Shown in pieces: positions 1 through 9,768 of a stretch of 64,000 bases of DNA. Source of the stretch: Planctomycetota bacterium (GTDB lineage Bacteria; Planctomycetota; Brocadiia; JAADGH01); NCBI GenBank assembly GCA_040755855.1, contig JBFMAD010000005.1, positions 64,001-128,000 of the forward strand. Direction: 5' to 3'. Below the pieces are notes generated by a model. The model made no database searches. It was not told the DNA's origin and was given only the letters and a program-made list of their open reading frames with translations. The translations under genes were made by a program, and so were the position numbers. The stretch's first letter is position 1; each line of letters begins with the position of its first letter.

Positions 1-192
1 GAGAAGGCCGAAGAGATTGCGAAGAGCTTGTCCGTGAACTGGGACACAGAGGTCGTTCGGACAGGCAAGGCCTACGGCGTGCGGATCGGGTACTGGAGTT
101 CGCCGAACGAGACGGCCGCGCGGCACGCGCTGGCCTATTTCGAGAAGCAGAAGGAATACAAGGGCTGCTATTTCATCAAAGTAGAACGATAG
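1..192 (+). CDS. 3' end of a gene truncated by the window edge; possible SPOR-like C-terminal domain
   Basis: Frame 1 is open from base 1 to TAG at 190-192 (EKAEEIAKSL...YGVRIGYWSS...GCYFIKVER*). YxVRIG resembles a SPOR repeat. Confidence 0.5.
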   Translation, partial: EKAEEIAKSLSVNWDTEVVRTGKAYGVRIGYWSSPNETAARHALAYFEKQKEYKGCYFIKVER

Positions 193-209
193 ACGCGAGG
201 TGCGAATCC

Positions 210-479
210 ATGTCAATTGACAAGAGTTTGGTTTCCAAGCAGCGGCTCGTGCGGCACCGGAATGTCCTGACCCGGACCGAGCGAATCCTGGTCTTGGAGG
301 AAGGGGAACGGTGGCAGGAGGGGATCTCCCTGTTCGGTCTGCCGAAGGTGAAAAACATGAAGGCCAAGCGGCGCGTGAAGGGCGGAGAGAAGAAGGAAGC
401 CGCAGCGGAAGCTGCGGCCGCTGCTGCAGCCGAGGGCGGCGCCGAAGCGGCGGAAGCCGGCGAGAAGGAAGAATCGTAG
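210..479 (+). CDS. PVC-superphylum small basic protein (TIGR04137-type) with an Ala/Glu-rich tail
   Basis: MSIDKSL...RHRNVLTRTERI...W..G.SLFGLPKVK pattern; GAGG upstream. Confidence 0.85.
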   Translation: MSIDKSLVSKQRLVRHRNVLTRTERILVLEEGERWQEGISLFGLPKVKNMKAKRRVKGGEKKEAAAEAAAAAAAEGGAEAAEAGEKEES

Positions 480-480
480 A

Positions 481-1578
481 GTGCGAACGATCGCTCGCCG
501 GATGGGGAAGCTGGATTCCTCCGGCATCCGCAAGGTTTTTGACTTGGCTCGGGAGATGGAGAACCCCGTCAACCTGAGCATCGGTCAGCCTCATTTTGAT
601 ATCCCCCCCGAAATCAAGACCGCCGCGATTGATTCCATCAACCAGGGCCTGAACCAGTACACCGTCACCCAGGGCATCCCGGAACTTCGCGAGGGGATCA
701 TGGAGGGCCTGTTCCCCGCCGGCCCCTCTCATGGGGAGGAGATCCTCATTACATCGGGCACATCGGGCGGACTCTTCCTGGCCTTTCTGGTGCTGGTGGA
801 CCCCGGCGACGAGGTGCTCATCCCCGATCCCTATTTCGTGATGTACAAACACCTCGTGAACCTGTGCGACGGCAAGCCGGTTTTTGTGGACACCTACCCC
901 GACTTCCGGCTGACGGCGGAGCGCATCGAGCCGCGCCTGACGCCCCGGAGCAAGCTGCTCATCACCAACAGCCCCACCAACCCCACCGGGGCCGTGTGGA
1001 GCGAGGCGGAGATGAACGAGATCATTGATCTGGCCCGCCGGCGCGATCTGATCCTGATCTCCGACGAAATCTACTCGGCCTATACCTATGACGGCCCCCC
1101 CGTCACGGCGGCGGGCCGTTACGAGAATCTCCTCCTGCTAAACGGCTTCTCCAAATCCCACGCCATGACCGGCTGGCGGATCGGGTTCGCCGTCGGCCCG
1201 GCGGAAATCATCCGGGAGATGACCAAACTGCAACAGTTCTCATTTGTCTGCGCCCCATCCTTTGCCCAACGGGCGGCGAGGGAGGCGCTGGAACTGGACA
1301 CGTCGAGCCATGTGAATGATTACAGACGGAAACGGGACATGATCTGGGAGGGACTCCGGGGCAAGTACGACCTCCAAAGGCCACAGGGGGCGTTCTACGC
1401 CTTTCCCAGGGTCCCCCACGGCACAGGACAAGAATTCGCGGCGGAAGCGATCAAGAATAATCTCCTGGTCATCCCCGGCGAGGTGTTCTCCGAGCGAGAC
1501 ACGCATTTCCGAATCGCCTACGCGGCCAACGACGAAACCATCAGACGAGGGATCGAAATCCTGAATTCGATGGTCTGA
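481..1578 (+). CDS. PLP-dependent class I/II aminotransferase (aspartate aminotransferase family)
   Basis: LSIGQP, NSPTNPTG, SDEIY and the PLP-lysine motif GFSKSHAMTGWRIG. Confidence 0.92.
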   Translation: MRTIARRMGKLDSSGIRKVFDLAREMENPVNLSIGQPHFDIPPEIKTAAIDSINQGLNQYTVTQGIPELREGIMEGLFPAGPSHGEEILITSGTSGGLFLAFLVLVDPGDEVLIPDPYFVMYKHLVNLCDGKPVFVDTYPDFRLTAERIEPRLTPRSKLLITNSPTNPTGAVWSEAEMNEIIDLARRRDLILISDEIYSAYTYDGPPVTAAGRYENLLLLNGFSKSHAMTGWRIGFAVGPAEIIREMTKLQQFSFVCAPSFAQRAAREALELDTSSHVNDYRRKRDMIWEGLRGKYDLQRPQGAFYAFPRVPHGTGQEFAAEAIKNNLLVIPGEVFSERDTHFRIAYAANDETIRRGIEILNSMV

Positions 1579-1610
1579 CCCCTTTTCCTTCGGTCTTTCC
1601 CAAAAAAGGC

Positions 1611-1638
1611 TTGAAAAAGCGCAGGATTGGGGTAAAAT
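1611..1638 (+). promoter_or_regulatory. Putative sigma70 promoter of the lipid biosynthesis cluster
   Basis: TTGAAA (1611-1616), 16 nt, TAAAAT (1633-1638), upstream of the ATG at 1708. Confidence 0.45.
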
Positions 1639-1707
1639 ACTGTGCTTGCATATGTGTAGCGCAACGCGAGGCCCGACTGGGCTGAGGGCTATGACTGAGG
1701 ATATGGA

Positions 1708-2205
1708 ATGAATTTCACGCTGCTCGACCGAATTACCTCTATCACGGAAAACAAGAGCATCAAGACCGCGAAGTGCCTTTCGCGGGGCGAGGAATACCTG
1801 GCAGACCACTTTCCGGGAAACCCCGTCATGCCGGGCGTACTACAGCTCGAGGCCATGATCCAGTCGGCGGCGTGGCTGCTACGGGTGACGCAGAATTTCT
1901 CTCACTCCATGGTCGTCCTGCGTGAGACGCGAAATGTCACCTACGGGAAGTTCGTCGCGCCGGGCGATCAGTTGCTGATTGATGTGGATTTGTTGGGGGT
2001 CGAGGACAGCACGGCCCGCTTTCGGGGCAAGGGGAGAGTGGATGGAAACGTGGTAGTGAAGGCGCAGTTCGATCTGAAATTCTTCAATCTGGCCGACATT
2101 GACGGCTCCCTGGCGGATCGGGACAAGACGATCCTCCAAGCGGCAAGGAAGAAGTTTCAAGAGCTCGGGGGCGTCAAAGCGATTGGGGCGCCGGCAGAAT
2201 CATGA
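1708..2205 (+). CDS. FabZ/FabA-family 3-hydroxyacyl-ACP dehydratase (copy 1)
   Basis: LLDRI and DHFPGNPVMPGVLQLEAMIQ (catalytic His and Glu); PGDQL. Confidence 0.9.
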   Translation: MNFTLLDRITSITENKSIKTAKCLSRGEEYLADHFPGNPVMPGVLQLEAMIQSAAWLLRVTQNFSHSMVVLRETRNVTYGKFVAPGDQLLIDVDLLGVEDSTARFRGKGRVDGNVVVKAQFDLKFFNLADIDGSLADRDKTILQAARKKFQELGGVKAIGAPAES

Positions 2206-3521
2206 AGTTGCTTCTTGTCCAGCCGTCTCACTTTGACCGCCGGGGAAGGCTCTTTAAGAGCCGCAAGCTGCCGTATCCGGGGCTGGCCCTGCCGCTCATC
2301 GCGGCGCTGACGCCGCCGGATTGGGACGTCGAGATCGTCAACGACTACGCCGAGGGGATTGATTACGACGCGCCGTGCGACCTGGTGGGCATCACCGCGA
2401 TGACCCCGCAAGCGTACCGCGCCTATCAAATCGCCGATCAGTTCCGGGGGCGCGGCAGGCCGGTTGTGATGGGCGGGTTTCATGCGACCAACGTGCCGGA
2501 GCAGACGCTCGATCACGTGGACGCCATCGTGCGGGGCGAAGCCGAGCCGGTCTGGGGCGAACTGATTGACGATGTGAAACGGGGCCGACTCAAAAAAATC
2601 TATGCGGCGGACGAACCGGTGGACCTGTCGAAGCTGCCGACGCCGCGGTACGACCTGCTGAAGCGCGAGCACTACTCGCTCCGGGCCTTTCCGGTGCAGA
2701 CGACGCGCGGCTGCCCGAACCGGTGCGACTTCTGCTCGGTGACGGAGTTCTACGGCGGCAAGTACCGCTTCCGGCCGGTGCAGGACGTGGTGCGCGACGT
2801 GAAGGCCACGGGCCGCCGATGGACGTTCTTCATTGACGACAATATCGCGGCGAGCGCAAAGTACTGCATCGAGCTGTGCAACGCGCTGAAGCCGTTGAAG
2901 ATCATCTGGGGCAGCCAATGCAGCCTGACGGTGGGCGATAAGCCCGAGGTCCTCAAGGCGGCGTCGGAGGCGGGATGTTTTTCTCTCTTTGTGGGGATGG
3001 AAAGCCTGAACCCGGAGAGCCTGAGCAGCGTCAACAAGGAATTCAACAAAGTCGAGGATTACGAGCGCCAGATCAACGCCATCCGCGACGCGGGCATTAT
3101 GCCGATGGTGAGCATGATCGCGGGGCTGGACGGAGACGATGAACGGGTCTTTAAGCAGATGCGCAGTTTCCTGACGCGCATGAGAATTCCCATCGCCTAC
3201 GCCTTCATCCTGACCCCCGGCCCGGCGACGAGGCTCTTTGATCGGTTCGAGAAGGAAGGACGGATGCTGGACCATGACTGGTCGCGCTACGGCGGCGACG
3301 AGACCATATTCCAGCCGAAGAAGATTTCGCCGGCCGCGCTTGAGACGGGCCTGTGGGAGTTCTTTAAGCCGTTCTATTCGCTGCCGAGCATATTCCGGCG
3401 GCTATTTGTGAGAGAGGTTTTTACGAACCGACGGATTCGGTTGCGCACATTGATCGCCTTGAAATTCAACCTGCTCCACCGCAACAGCCTGATGCGAGGG
3501 GTTCATCCGCTTCGCGGTTGA
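2202..3521 (+). CDS. B12-binding-domain radical SAM protein
   Basis: N-terminal [11 protein letters not shown]...DLVGIT...VVMGGFHAT...GEAE domain; [10 protein letters not shown] (CxxxCxxC); FIDDN; GMES. ATGA overlap with fabZ copy 1. Confidence 0.92.
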   Translation: MKLLLVQPSHFDRRGRLFKSRKLPYPGLALPLIAALTPPDWDVEIVNDYAEGIDYDAPCDLVGITAMTPQAYRAYQIADQFRGRGRPVVMGGFHATNVPEQTLDHVDAIVRGEAEPVWGELIDDVKRGRLKKIYAADEPVDLSKLPTPRYDLLKREHYSLRAFPVQTTRGCPNRCDFCSVTEFYGGKYRFRPVQDVVRDVKATGRRWTFFIDDNIAASAKYCIELCNALKPLKIIWGSQCSLTVGDKPEVLKAASEAGCFSLFVGMESLNPESLSSVNKEFNKVEDYERQINAIRDAGIMPMVSMIAGLDGDDERVFKQMRSFLTRMRIPIAYAFILTPGPATRLFDRFEKEGRMLDHDWSRYGGDETIFQPKKISPAALETGLWEFFKPFYSLPSIFRRLFVREVFTNRRIRLRTLIALKFNLLHRNSLMRGVHPLRG

Positions 3522-3619
3522 GCGATGTAGGGAAGGTAGAAGCGGCATCTCGTCGCTTCGGAAGATGTGGTAAGCATCTTCCACTTTGCGGGTGACGCCC
3601 GCGACTTAGGGAAAAACGA

Positions 3620-4375
3620 ATGAGACTAAAAGGCCGCAACGCGATTGTCACCGGCGGGTCGCGCGGCATCGGGCGGGCCATCTGTGTGGCCATGGCCCGT
3701 GAAGGCGCGACACTCGTGGTGAACTATAACCGGAATGAGGACGCGGCAAAAGAGGTAATCGCGGAGATCGAGGGACTGGGCGGCAAGGCGTGGGTCTGCC
3801 AGGGCGACGCCCGAGATTCCGCCGCCGCGCAAAAGGTGGTGGACTTTGCCGTGGAGAAGATGGAGAGAGTGGACATCCTGGTCAACAATGCCGGCGTGAT
3901 CCGGGACAACCTCTTCATCGCCATGAGCGACGAGGAATGGGATGCCGTGCTGGATACCAACCTGGGGGGGGTGAGGAACTTCACCAAGGCGATTGTGCCC
4001 ATGATGATGATGCAGAAGTCGGGGCGAATCGTCAACATCTCGTCCATGGCCGGGCTGCGGGGCGGGCGGGGGCAGAGCAACTACGCGGCATCAAAGGGGG
4101 CCATCAACGCCCTGACCCGCGCCCTCGCGGTGGAGCTGGCGTCGAAAGGTATTACCGTCAATGCGGTTGCCCCGGGCATGATCGCGACGGAGATGAGCAG
4201 CAACGTGCGGGGTATGATGGATGAGAAGCTGTTGAAACGAATACCCCTCGGCCGGTACGGCGAACCGGCCGACGTGGCCAATGTCGTGGTGTTTCTGAGC
4301 TCCGACGAGGCGAGCTACATCACGGGCCAGGTCATCCCCGTGGACGGCGGCATGACGGTAGCGGTGAAAATGTAA
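3620..4375 (+). CDS. fabG: 3-oxoacyl-ACP reductase (SDR)
   Basis: [35 protein letters not shown]. Confidence 0.9.
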   Translation: MRLKGRNAIVTGGSRGIGRAICVAMAREGATLVVNYNRNEDAAKEVIAEIEGLGGKAWVCQGDARDSAAAQKVVDFAVEKMERVDILVNNAGVIRDNLFIAMSDEEWDAVLDTNLGGVRNFTKAIVPMMMMQKSGRIVNISSMAGLRGGRGQSNYAASKGAINALTRALAVELASKGITVNAVAPGMIATEMSSNVRGMMDEKLLKRIPLGRYGEPADVANVVVFLSSDEASYITGQVIPVDGGMTVAVKM

Positions 4376-4415
4376 GTTTTTTCCACATCTATCTGCTTTA
4401 CGGAGGCTGGTTGGA

Positions 4416-4808
4416 ATGGCTGACACGAATGCGGTATTGGAAAAGGTGACTGAGTGCCTCGTCGAGGCCCTCGGCGTGGAAGAGGATGAGGTCGAGATGA
4501 AGGCGTCGCTCACCGCCGACCTCGGCGCCGAGTCAATAGACTTCCTCGACATCGTCTTCCGGCTCGAAAAGACATTCGACATCAAAATCCCCCGCGGCGA
4601 ACTCTTCCCGGAGAGCCTTCTCTCCAATCCCGAGTTCGTCAAGGACGGGAAGATGACCGAGCAGGGGCTCGAAGAGCTTCGAAAACGCCTCCCCTACGCC
4701 GACCTGGGCGAATTTGAGCAGGACCCGAACGTCGCCGAGATCGGCAACCTCTTCACCGTCGAAATGATCGTCCGATACGTCGAAGACAAACTGGCCGCCA
4801 AGGCATAA
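4416..4808 (+). CDS. Acyl carrier protein, long planctomycete type with an internal insertion
   Basis: DLGAESIDFLDIVFRLE (phosphopantetheine Ser); 130 aa; acidic. Confidence 0.92.
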   Translation: MADTNAVLEKVTECLVEALGVEEDEVEMKASLTADLGAESIDFLDIVFRLEKTFDIKIPRGELFPESLLSNPEFVKDGKMTEQGLEELRKRLPYADLGEFEQDPNVAEIGNLFTVEMIVRYVEDKLAAKA

Positions 4809-4832
4809 GAACACTAATAGGCTCGGGATTCC

Positions 4833-5315
4833 ATGCGCTGGATATTCGTTGACCGATTTCTGGAACTGAAGAGGGGCAAGTACGCGAAAGCGATCAAAAA
4901 CATCTCGATGGGCGAGGACCATCTGCACGATCACTTTCCCCTATTCCCCGTCATGCCCAACTCCCTCATCATCGAGGCCCTGGCCCAGACGGGCGGGGTC
5001 CTCGCCGGCCTGAGCCATGACTTTAAAAACATGGTTATCCTCGCCAAGATCGAAAAGGCCACCTTCCACGATATGGCCACCCCTGGGGATCAACTCATCC
5101 TCGAGGCCGAGATCGTAGAGGACAGGGAGGAGGGCTGCCGCGTGACCGGCCGGGCCAACCTGAATGGCAAGCGCCTCGCCGACGTCTCGATCCTCTTCGC
5201 CAACCTCGATACGTCGCAAATGGACTCCCCCGTGGACAACTTTGTGTTCACCAGGCAATTCCTCGCCTTGCTCGGCGTTGATAAGGTATTGGCCGAGAAC
5301 GCTGAAACAAAATGA
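4833..5315 (+). CDS. FabZ-family 3-hydroxyacyl-ACP dehydratase (copy 2)
   Basis: FVDRF, DHFPLFPVMPNSLIIEALAQ, PGDQL. Confidence 0.9.
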   Translation: MRWIFVDRFLELKRGKYAKAIKNISMGEDHLHDHFPLFPVMPNSLIIEALAQTGGVLAGLSHDFKNMVILAKIEKATFHDMATPGDQLILEAEIVEDREEGCRVTGRANLNGKRLADVSILFANLDTSQMDSPVDNFVFTRQFLALLGVDKVLAENAETK

Positions 5316-6595
5316 ACCGCCGCATTGTCATAACCGGGATTGGCGTGATCTCCCCCGTCGGGATCGGCAAGGAAGCCTTCTGGCAGGGCCTCTCCACAGG
5401 GCGTTCCGGCATCGGCCGCATCGATGCCTTCGACGTATCCAGCTGCCCAACACAGATCGCCGGAGAGGTGAAGGACTTCTCGGCCAAGGACTATGTGCAG
5501 CCGCGCAAGGCCCTCAAGGTCATGGCCCGAGACATCCAGATGGCCGTCGCCGCCGCCGCCGTGGCCGTCGAGGACTCGAGGGTCAAGGAGGCCGTCGCTC
5601 CGGAACGCATGGGCGTCAGCCTCGGCGCAGGGCTTATCAGCTCCGACGTTGGCGAGCTCGGCACAGCCATCGCCCATGCGCGCGACGACTCGGGAGCCTT
5701 TGACATCCGGAAATTCGGCGCAGAAGGCATGGAATATCTCTTCCCCCTCTGGCTCCTCAAATACCTGCCCAACATGCTTGCCTGCCACATGTCCATCATC
5801 CACGACGCCCGCGGACCGTCCAACACCATTACCACCGCCTGCGCCGCCAGCGCACAAGCCATCGGGGAGGGCTGCCGCATTATCGAACGCGGCAACGCCG
5901 ACGTCATGATCTGCGGCGGAGCGGAATCCAAGATCAACCCCGTCAGCCTCGTCCGATACATCCTCTTCGGCGGCCTCTCCCAAAGAAATAACGAACCGGC
6001 GCGAGCCTGCCGACCCTTCGATCAGGACCGCGACGGCCTCGTCCTTGGCGAGGGGGGTGGTCTGTTGGTGATTGAGGAACTGGAGCACGCCCGCAGGCGA
6101 GGCGCGACGATCTACGCCGAAATTGCGGGCTATGGTACTACCTGTGACGCCTCCGCAACTTCCGGAAAACCGGGTGACAACCATACCCGGACGGAATGCA
6201 TGCGACGGGCGCTTCGGGACGGCGGTCTGACGCCCGACGACCTGAGCCTCATCTGCGCCTGCGGTCTGGGCAGCAAGGAGAAAGACCGAATCGAGGCGGA
6301 AGCCATTCGAGACCTTCTCGGCAACGGGGCCTCGAAGGTCCCCGTAACCTCGATCAAGTCCATGATCGGCCATCTGGGCGCCGGCGCCGGGGCCGTGGAG
6401 CTGATCGCGTGCGTATTGGCCATTTGCCATGGCTTGATCCCACCGACGCTCAACTGCGACCACCCGGATGATGGGTTTGCCCTGGACTTCGTGACCCGCG
6501 AGCCGAGGCGGGCGGAGATCAAGGCCATACTGTCCACGACGTCGAGCTTCGCGGGGCAGAACGCGGCGATAGCAGTAAAGAAATTTATTGAATGA
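5312..6595 (+). CDS. FabF-like ketosynthase with a degenerate active site (chain-length-factor-like)
   Basis: VITGIG, TACAAS (Cys kept), RPFDQDRDG and KSMIGHL. The NAHGTST motif reads ICACGLGS and SFGFGG reads SSFAGQ. Confidence 0.85.
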   Translation: MNRRIVITGIGVISPVGIGKEAFWQGLSTGRSGIGRIDAFDVSSCPTQIAGEVKDFSAKDYVQPRKALKVMARDIQMAVAAAAVAVEDSRVKEAVAPERMGVSLGAGLISSDVGELGTAIAHARDDSGAFDIRKFGAEGMEYLFPLWLLKYLPNMLACHMSIIHDARGPSNTITTACAASAQAIGEGCRIIERGNADVMICGGAESKINPVSLVRYILFGGLSQRNNEPARACRPFDQDRDGLVLGEGGGLLVIEELEHARRRGATIYAEIAGYGTTCDASATSGKPGDNHTRTECMRRALRDGGLTPDDLSLICACGLGSKEKDRIEAEAIRDLLGNGASKVPVTSIKSMIGHLGAGAGAVELIACVLAICHGLIPPTLNCDHPDDGFALDFVTREPRRAEIKAILSTTSSFAGQNAAIAVKKFIE

Positions 6596-6653
6596 ACGGC
6601 CGTAGCTGAACTCGCCAGAGTGCAGATTCTTCGACCAAAAAGGATGTGTTGTT

Positions 6654-7937
6654 GTGGCTAATCGAGTGGTTATCACCGGCGTGGGCATGGTCACCCCCCT
6701 CGGGATCGGCACCGAAAACAACTGGCAGGCCCTGCTGAGAGGCGAGTCGGGGCTCGACTACATCACGCTCTTCGACGCCTCAAAGTACCCCACCAAGGTG
6801 GCGGGCGAAGTGAGGAACTTCGACGTAAACGATTTCGTGGACGACCCTGCGCGCTTCGAGCACACCGGACGAAACACGAAGTTCGCCGCCGCCGCCAGCG
6901 AGATGGCCTGGAAAGACGGCGGGCTGAAGGGGGTTCGCCTCGAACCCGCCCGCGTGGGGGTTTACCTCGGGTCGGGCGAGGGCCAACTCGACTTCGACAA
7001 TTTCGTCAACGCTATCGCCTTTGCGTGGAACGGCGGCGGCGTTGATGTGGCGGAGTTCTGCCGGCGCGGCCTGGCGACCTTCCACAAGCTTCGGGAAATG
7101 GAGCAGGAGCCCAGCATGCCCGCAGGCCATGTGGCCGCGCTCTTCAACGCATGCGGCCCGAACTCGAACTGCCTGACGGCCTGCGCGGCAAGCAGCCAGG
7201 CCATCGGCGAGGCCACGGAGATCATCCGACGCGGCGACGCGGACCTCATGATCAGCGGCGGCACGCATTCGATGATCCACCCCCTCGGCATGGCGGGCTT
7301 CAACCTGCTAACCGCCCTTTCCACCTATAACGGCGATCCGAAAAAGGCCAGCCGACCCTTCGACCTCAGCCGCGACGGCTTTGTCCTGGGAGAGGGCGCG
7401 GGCATTGTGATCCTGGAGGAACTCTCCCACGCCAAGAGGCGCGGCGCCAGGATCCTGGCCGAGCTCGCGGGCTACGGCAGCACCGCCGACGCCTACCGAA
7501 TCACCGACACCCACCCCGAGGGACGCGGCGCCATTGACGCCATGAAGGAGGCACTGGCCGACGCAGGCGTCGCCCCAACGGAGGTGGACTATATCAACGC
7601 CCACGGCACATCCACGGTGGTCAACGACAAGGTGGAGACCCTCGCCATCAAGCGGGTCTTCGGGGACTACGCCTATGAGGTTCCCGTCAGCTCTATCAAG
7701 TCCATGCTCGGCCATCTGATCGCCGCTGCCGGGGCGGTGGAGGTCATCGCCTGCGCTCTGGCCATTCGGGACGGCGTGGTGCCGCCGACGATCAATTACC
7801 AGACGCCGGATCCCGACTGCGACCTCGATTACGTGCCCAACGAGGCGCGGCAGGCGGAGGTAAAGGTGGCCTTGTCGAATTCCTTCGGGTTCGGTGGACA
7901 GAACATTGCGCTCGTGGTTCGGGAGTTTGCGGAGTAG
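6654..7937 (+). CDS. fabF: FabF-like 3-oxoacyl-ACP synthase with an intact Cys-His-His triad
   Basis: TACAASS, YINAHGTST, KSMLGHL, SNSFGFGGQN. Confidence 0.9.
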   Translation: MANRVVITGVGMVTPLGIGTENNWQALLRGESGLDYITLFDASKYPTKVAGEVRNFDVNDFVDDPARFEHTGRNTKFAAAASEMAWKDGGLKGVRLEPARVGVYLGSGEGQLDFDNFVNAIAFAWNGGGVDVAEFCRRGLATFHKLREMEQEPSMPAGHVAALFNACGPNSNCLTACAASSQAIGEATEIIRRGDADLMISGGTHSMIHPLGMAGFNLLTALSTYNGDPKKASRPFDLSRDGFVLGEGAGIVILEELSHAKRRGARILAELAGYGSTADAYRITDTHPEGRGAIDAMKEALADAGVAPTEVDYINAHGTSTVVNDKVETLAIKRVFGDYAYEVPVSSIKSMLGHLIAAAGAVEVIACALAIRDGVVPPTINYQTPDPDCDLDYVPNEARQAEVKVALSNSFGFGGQNIALVVREFAE

Positions 7938-7942
7938 GAGAG

Positions 7943-8887
7943 GTGCTGTTCTGGATCGTGACTGGCGTTATCGGGGGCCTCACGCTGCTTGCAGTGGGCT
8001 TTTTGGTGTACGTCGTCATCTTTTACATGCCGATCATCGTGAAGATCTTCGAGGATGGGCAGATTCTCCGCCCCCCGGCCGTCGGGGAGCGGCTGGAGGG
8101 GGAAGATGTGACGTTCCCGGCGACCGACGGGACGCCGCTCGCCGGGGTGTTTGTCAAGGGCGATGAGGGGAACGGGAGGACGATACTCTTCTGCCACGAG
8201 TACGGCTCCGACATGCACTCCCTGTCGAAGTATGGGAAGTTCCTCGTGGCGAAGGGATTCAACGTCTTCGCCTTCAACTTTCGAGGTCACGGGGCCAGCC
8301 GGGAGACGAACGGCTACGAGCCGCGGCAATGGGTTACGGACAAGGAGATCAAGGATACGTTTGGCGCGATCCGCTACCTCCAGACGCATCCGGATGTGGA
8401 CCCGGATCGGATCGGCATCTTCGGCGTCTCGCGGGGCGCGGGGTCGAGCATTTGCGTGGCGAGCCGATGCGACGTCGTGAAGGCGATCGTCGCCGACAGC
8501 GCGTTCTCCACGGAACTGACTCTCGAAAAGTACATGAAGAAGTGGGTGTCAATCTACGCCGGGGTGCAGGTCATCTATCGCAACTTGCCGGACTGGTTCT
8601 ACATGCTGTTGGGATTTATCTGCAGAAAGGTGACGGGCCGGCGATTGAAGTGCAGCTTCCCCTCCGTGGAGCGCTGCGCCAGGCGGGTTGCGCCGAGGCC
8701 GATCTACATGATCTACGGGGAGAATGATACCTATGTCGGGATGGCCCAGGCGAAGGACCTGTTTCGGCGGGCGGGCGACCCGAAGGACCTCTGGATCGTG
8801 CCCGGAGCGCGGCACAACGAAAGCGTGTCGGTCGCTCCGGAGGCGTATGCAAAGAATGTGGCCGAGTTTTTTGAAAAGAATCTCTGA
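7943..8887 (+). CDS. Membrane-anchored alpha/beta hydrolase
   Basis: N-terminal hydrophobic helix; FNFRGHGAS; GVSRGA nucleophile elbow; GENDTY; GARHN. Confidence 0.85.
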   Translation: MLFWIVTGVIGGLTLLAVGFLVYVVIFYMPIIVKIFEDGQILRPPAVGERLEGEDVTFPATDGTPLAGVFVKGDEGNGRTILFCHEYGSDMHSLSKYGKFLVAKGFNVFAFNFRGHGASRETNGYEPRQWVTDKEIKDTFGAIRYLQTHPDVDPDRIGIFGVSRGAGSSICVASRCDVVKAIVADSAFSTELTLEKYMKKWVSIYAGVQVIYRNLPDWFYMLLGFICRKVTGRRLKCSFPSVERCARRVAPRPIYMIYGENDTYVGMAQAKDLFRRAGDPKDLWIVPGARHNESVSVAPEAYAKNVAEFFEKNL

Positions 8888-8910
8888 GATCTCCTCTCGG
8901 TGATGACGGA

Positions 8911-9765
8911 ATGAAGTTCGTCGAGATTGATGGCGTCAAATACGAAGTCCTGTCCCCGTGGCGGAACTTTCTGAAGGTTATAACCAACCCCTGGAAGAAC
9001 CTCCTCGGTCACCCGTGGGTCCTGAAAAAAATCATGCTCGGGAGCGGCAGTCCTCTGGCCCAGGAGTCTATGGTGCGCCCTGGTGGATGGCGCGCCATGG
9101 AGATCATCTATGAGAACGCCGAACCGAAGAACGCCATTGACGCCATGGCCTGCCGGTACAACCCGTTTCCCATGGCCCTGCGCAACCGGAAGCGATACGT
9201 TACGAAGCGCATTGCCGAGCTGATCCGCGAATTCAAGGAAAAAGTGGAAAAGATATGCGTCGTGGGCGTCGGGGCGGGGCCGGGGACAAACATCCAGGAG
9301 GGCATTGTTAAATCGGAAATTGACAAGAACTCCGTGACGGCCTATCTGATTGACCTGGACAGCGACGCCTTTGCACACGGGAGAGAGGCGGCCCGAAGGC
9401 GAGGACTCGAAGGTCAAGTCCATTATATTCAGGGCGATGCCCGGGAAATCAAGCGGCACCTGCCGATCCACATCCAGCCGCATATCGTCAAAGTCATCGG
9501 CATTGTGGAATATCTGAGCGACGAACAAGTGCGCGAACTATTCGCCGTTATGCACGAGGCCCTCGCCACCGGCGGCGCCATTATCACCCACGGCCTGGTG
9601 GATTCCCATAACAGCCTACCCTTTCTGAAACGTGTGCTGAATTGGCATATTCACTGCCGAACCGGCGAGGACACCCGGCGCCTTCTCGAAGAGGCCGGCT
9701 TCACGGATATCGCATCGTTCACTACCCCCATGAACATCTACACAATCATCACAGCAAGGAAATAG
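8911..9765 (+). CDS. Class I SAM-dependent methyltransferase
   Basis: VVGVGAGPG, LIDLD, IQGDA, GIVEYLSD. Confidence 0.8.
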   Translation: MKFVEIDGVKYEVLSPWRNFLKVITNPWKNLLGHPWVLKKIMLGSGSPLAQESMVRPGGWRAMEIIYENAEPKNAIDAMACRYNPFPMALRNRKRYVTKRIAELIREFKEKVEKICVVGVGAGPGTNIQEGIVKSEIDKNSVTAYLIDLDSDAFAHGREAARRRGLEGQVHYIQGDAREIKRHLPIHIQPHIVKVIGIVEYLSDEQVRELFAVMHEALATGGAIITHGLVDSHNSLPFLKRVLNWHIHCRTGEDTRRLLEEAGFTDIASFTTPMNIYTIITARK

Positions 9766-9768
9766 CGC

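Noticed and set aside
5312..6595. KS1 as a pseudogene
   Set aside because: It is full length, has no frameshift, is translationally coupled and keeps most motifs, so a specialised partner is the better explanation.
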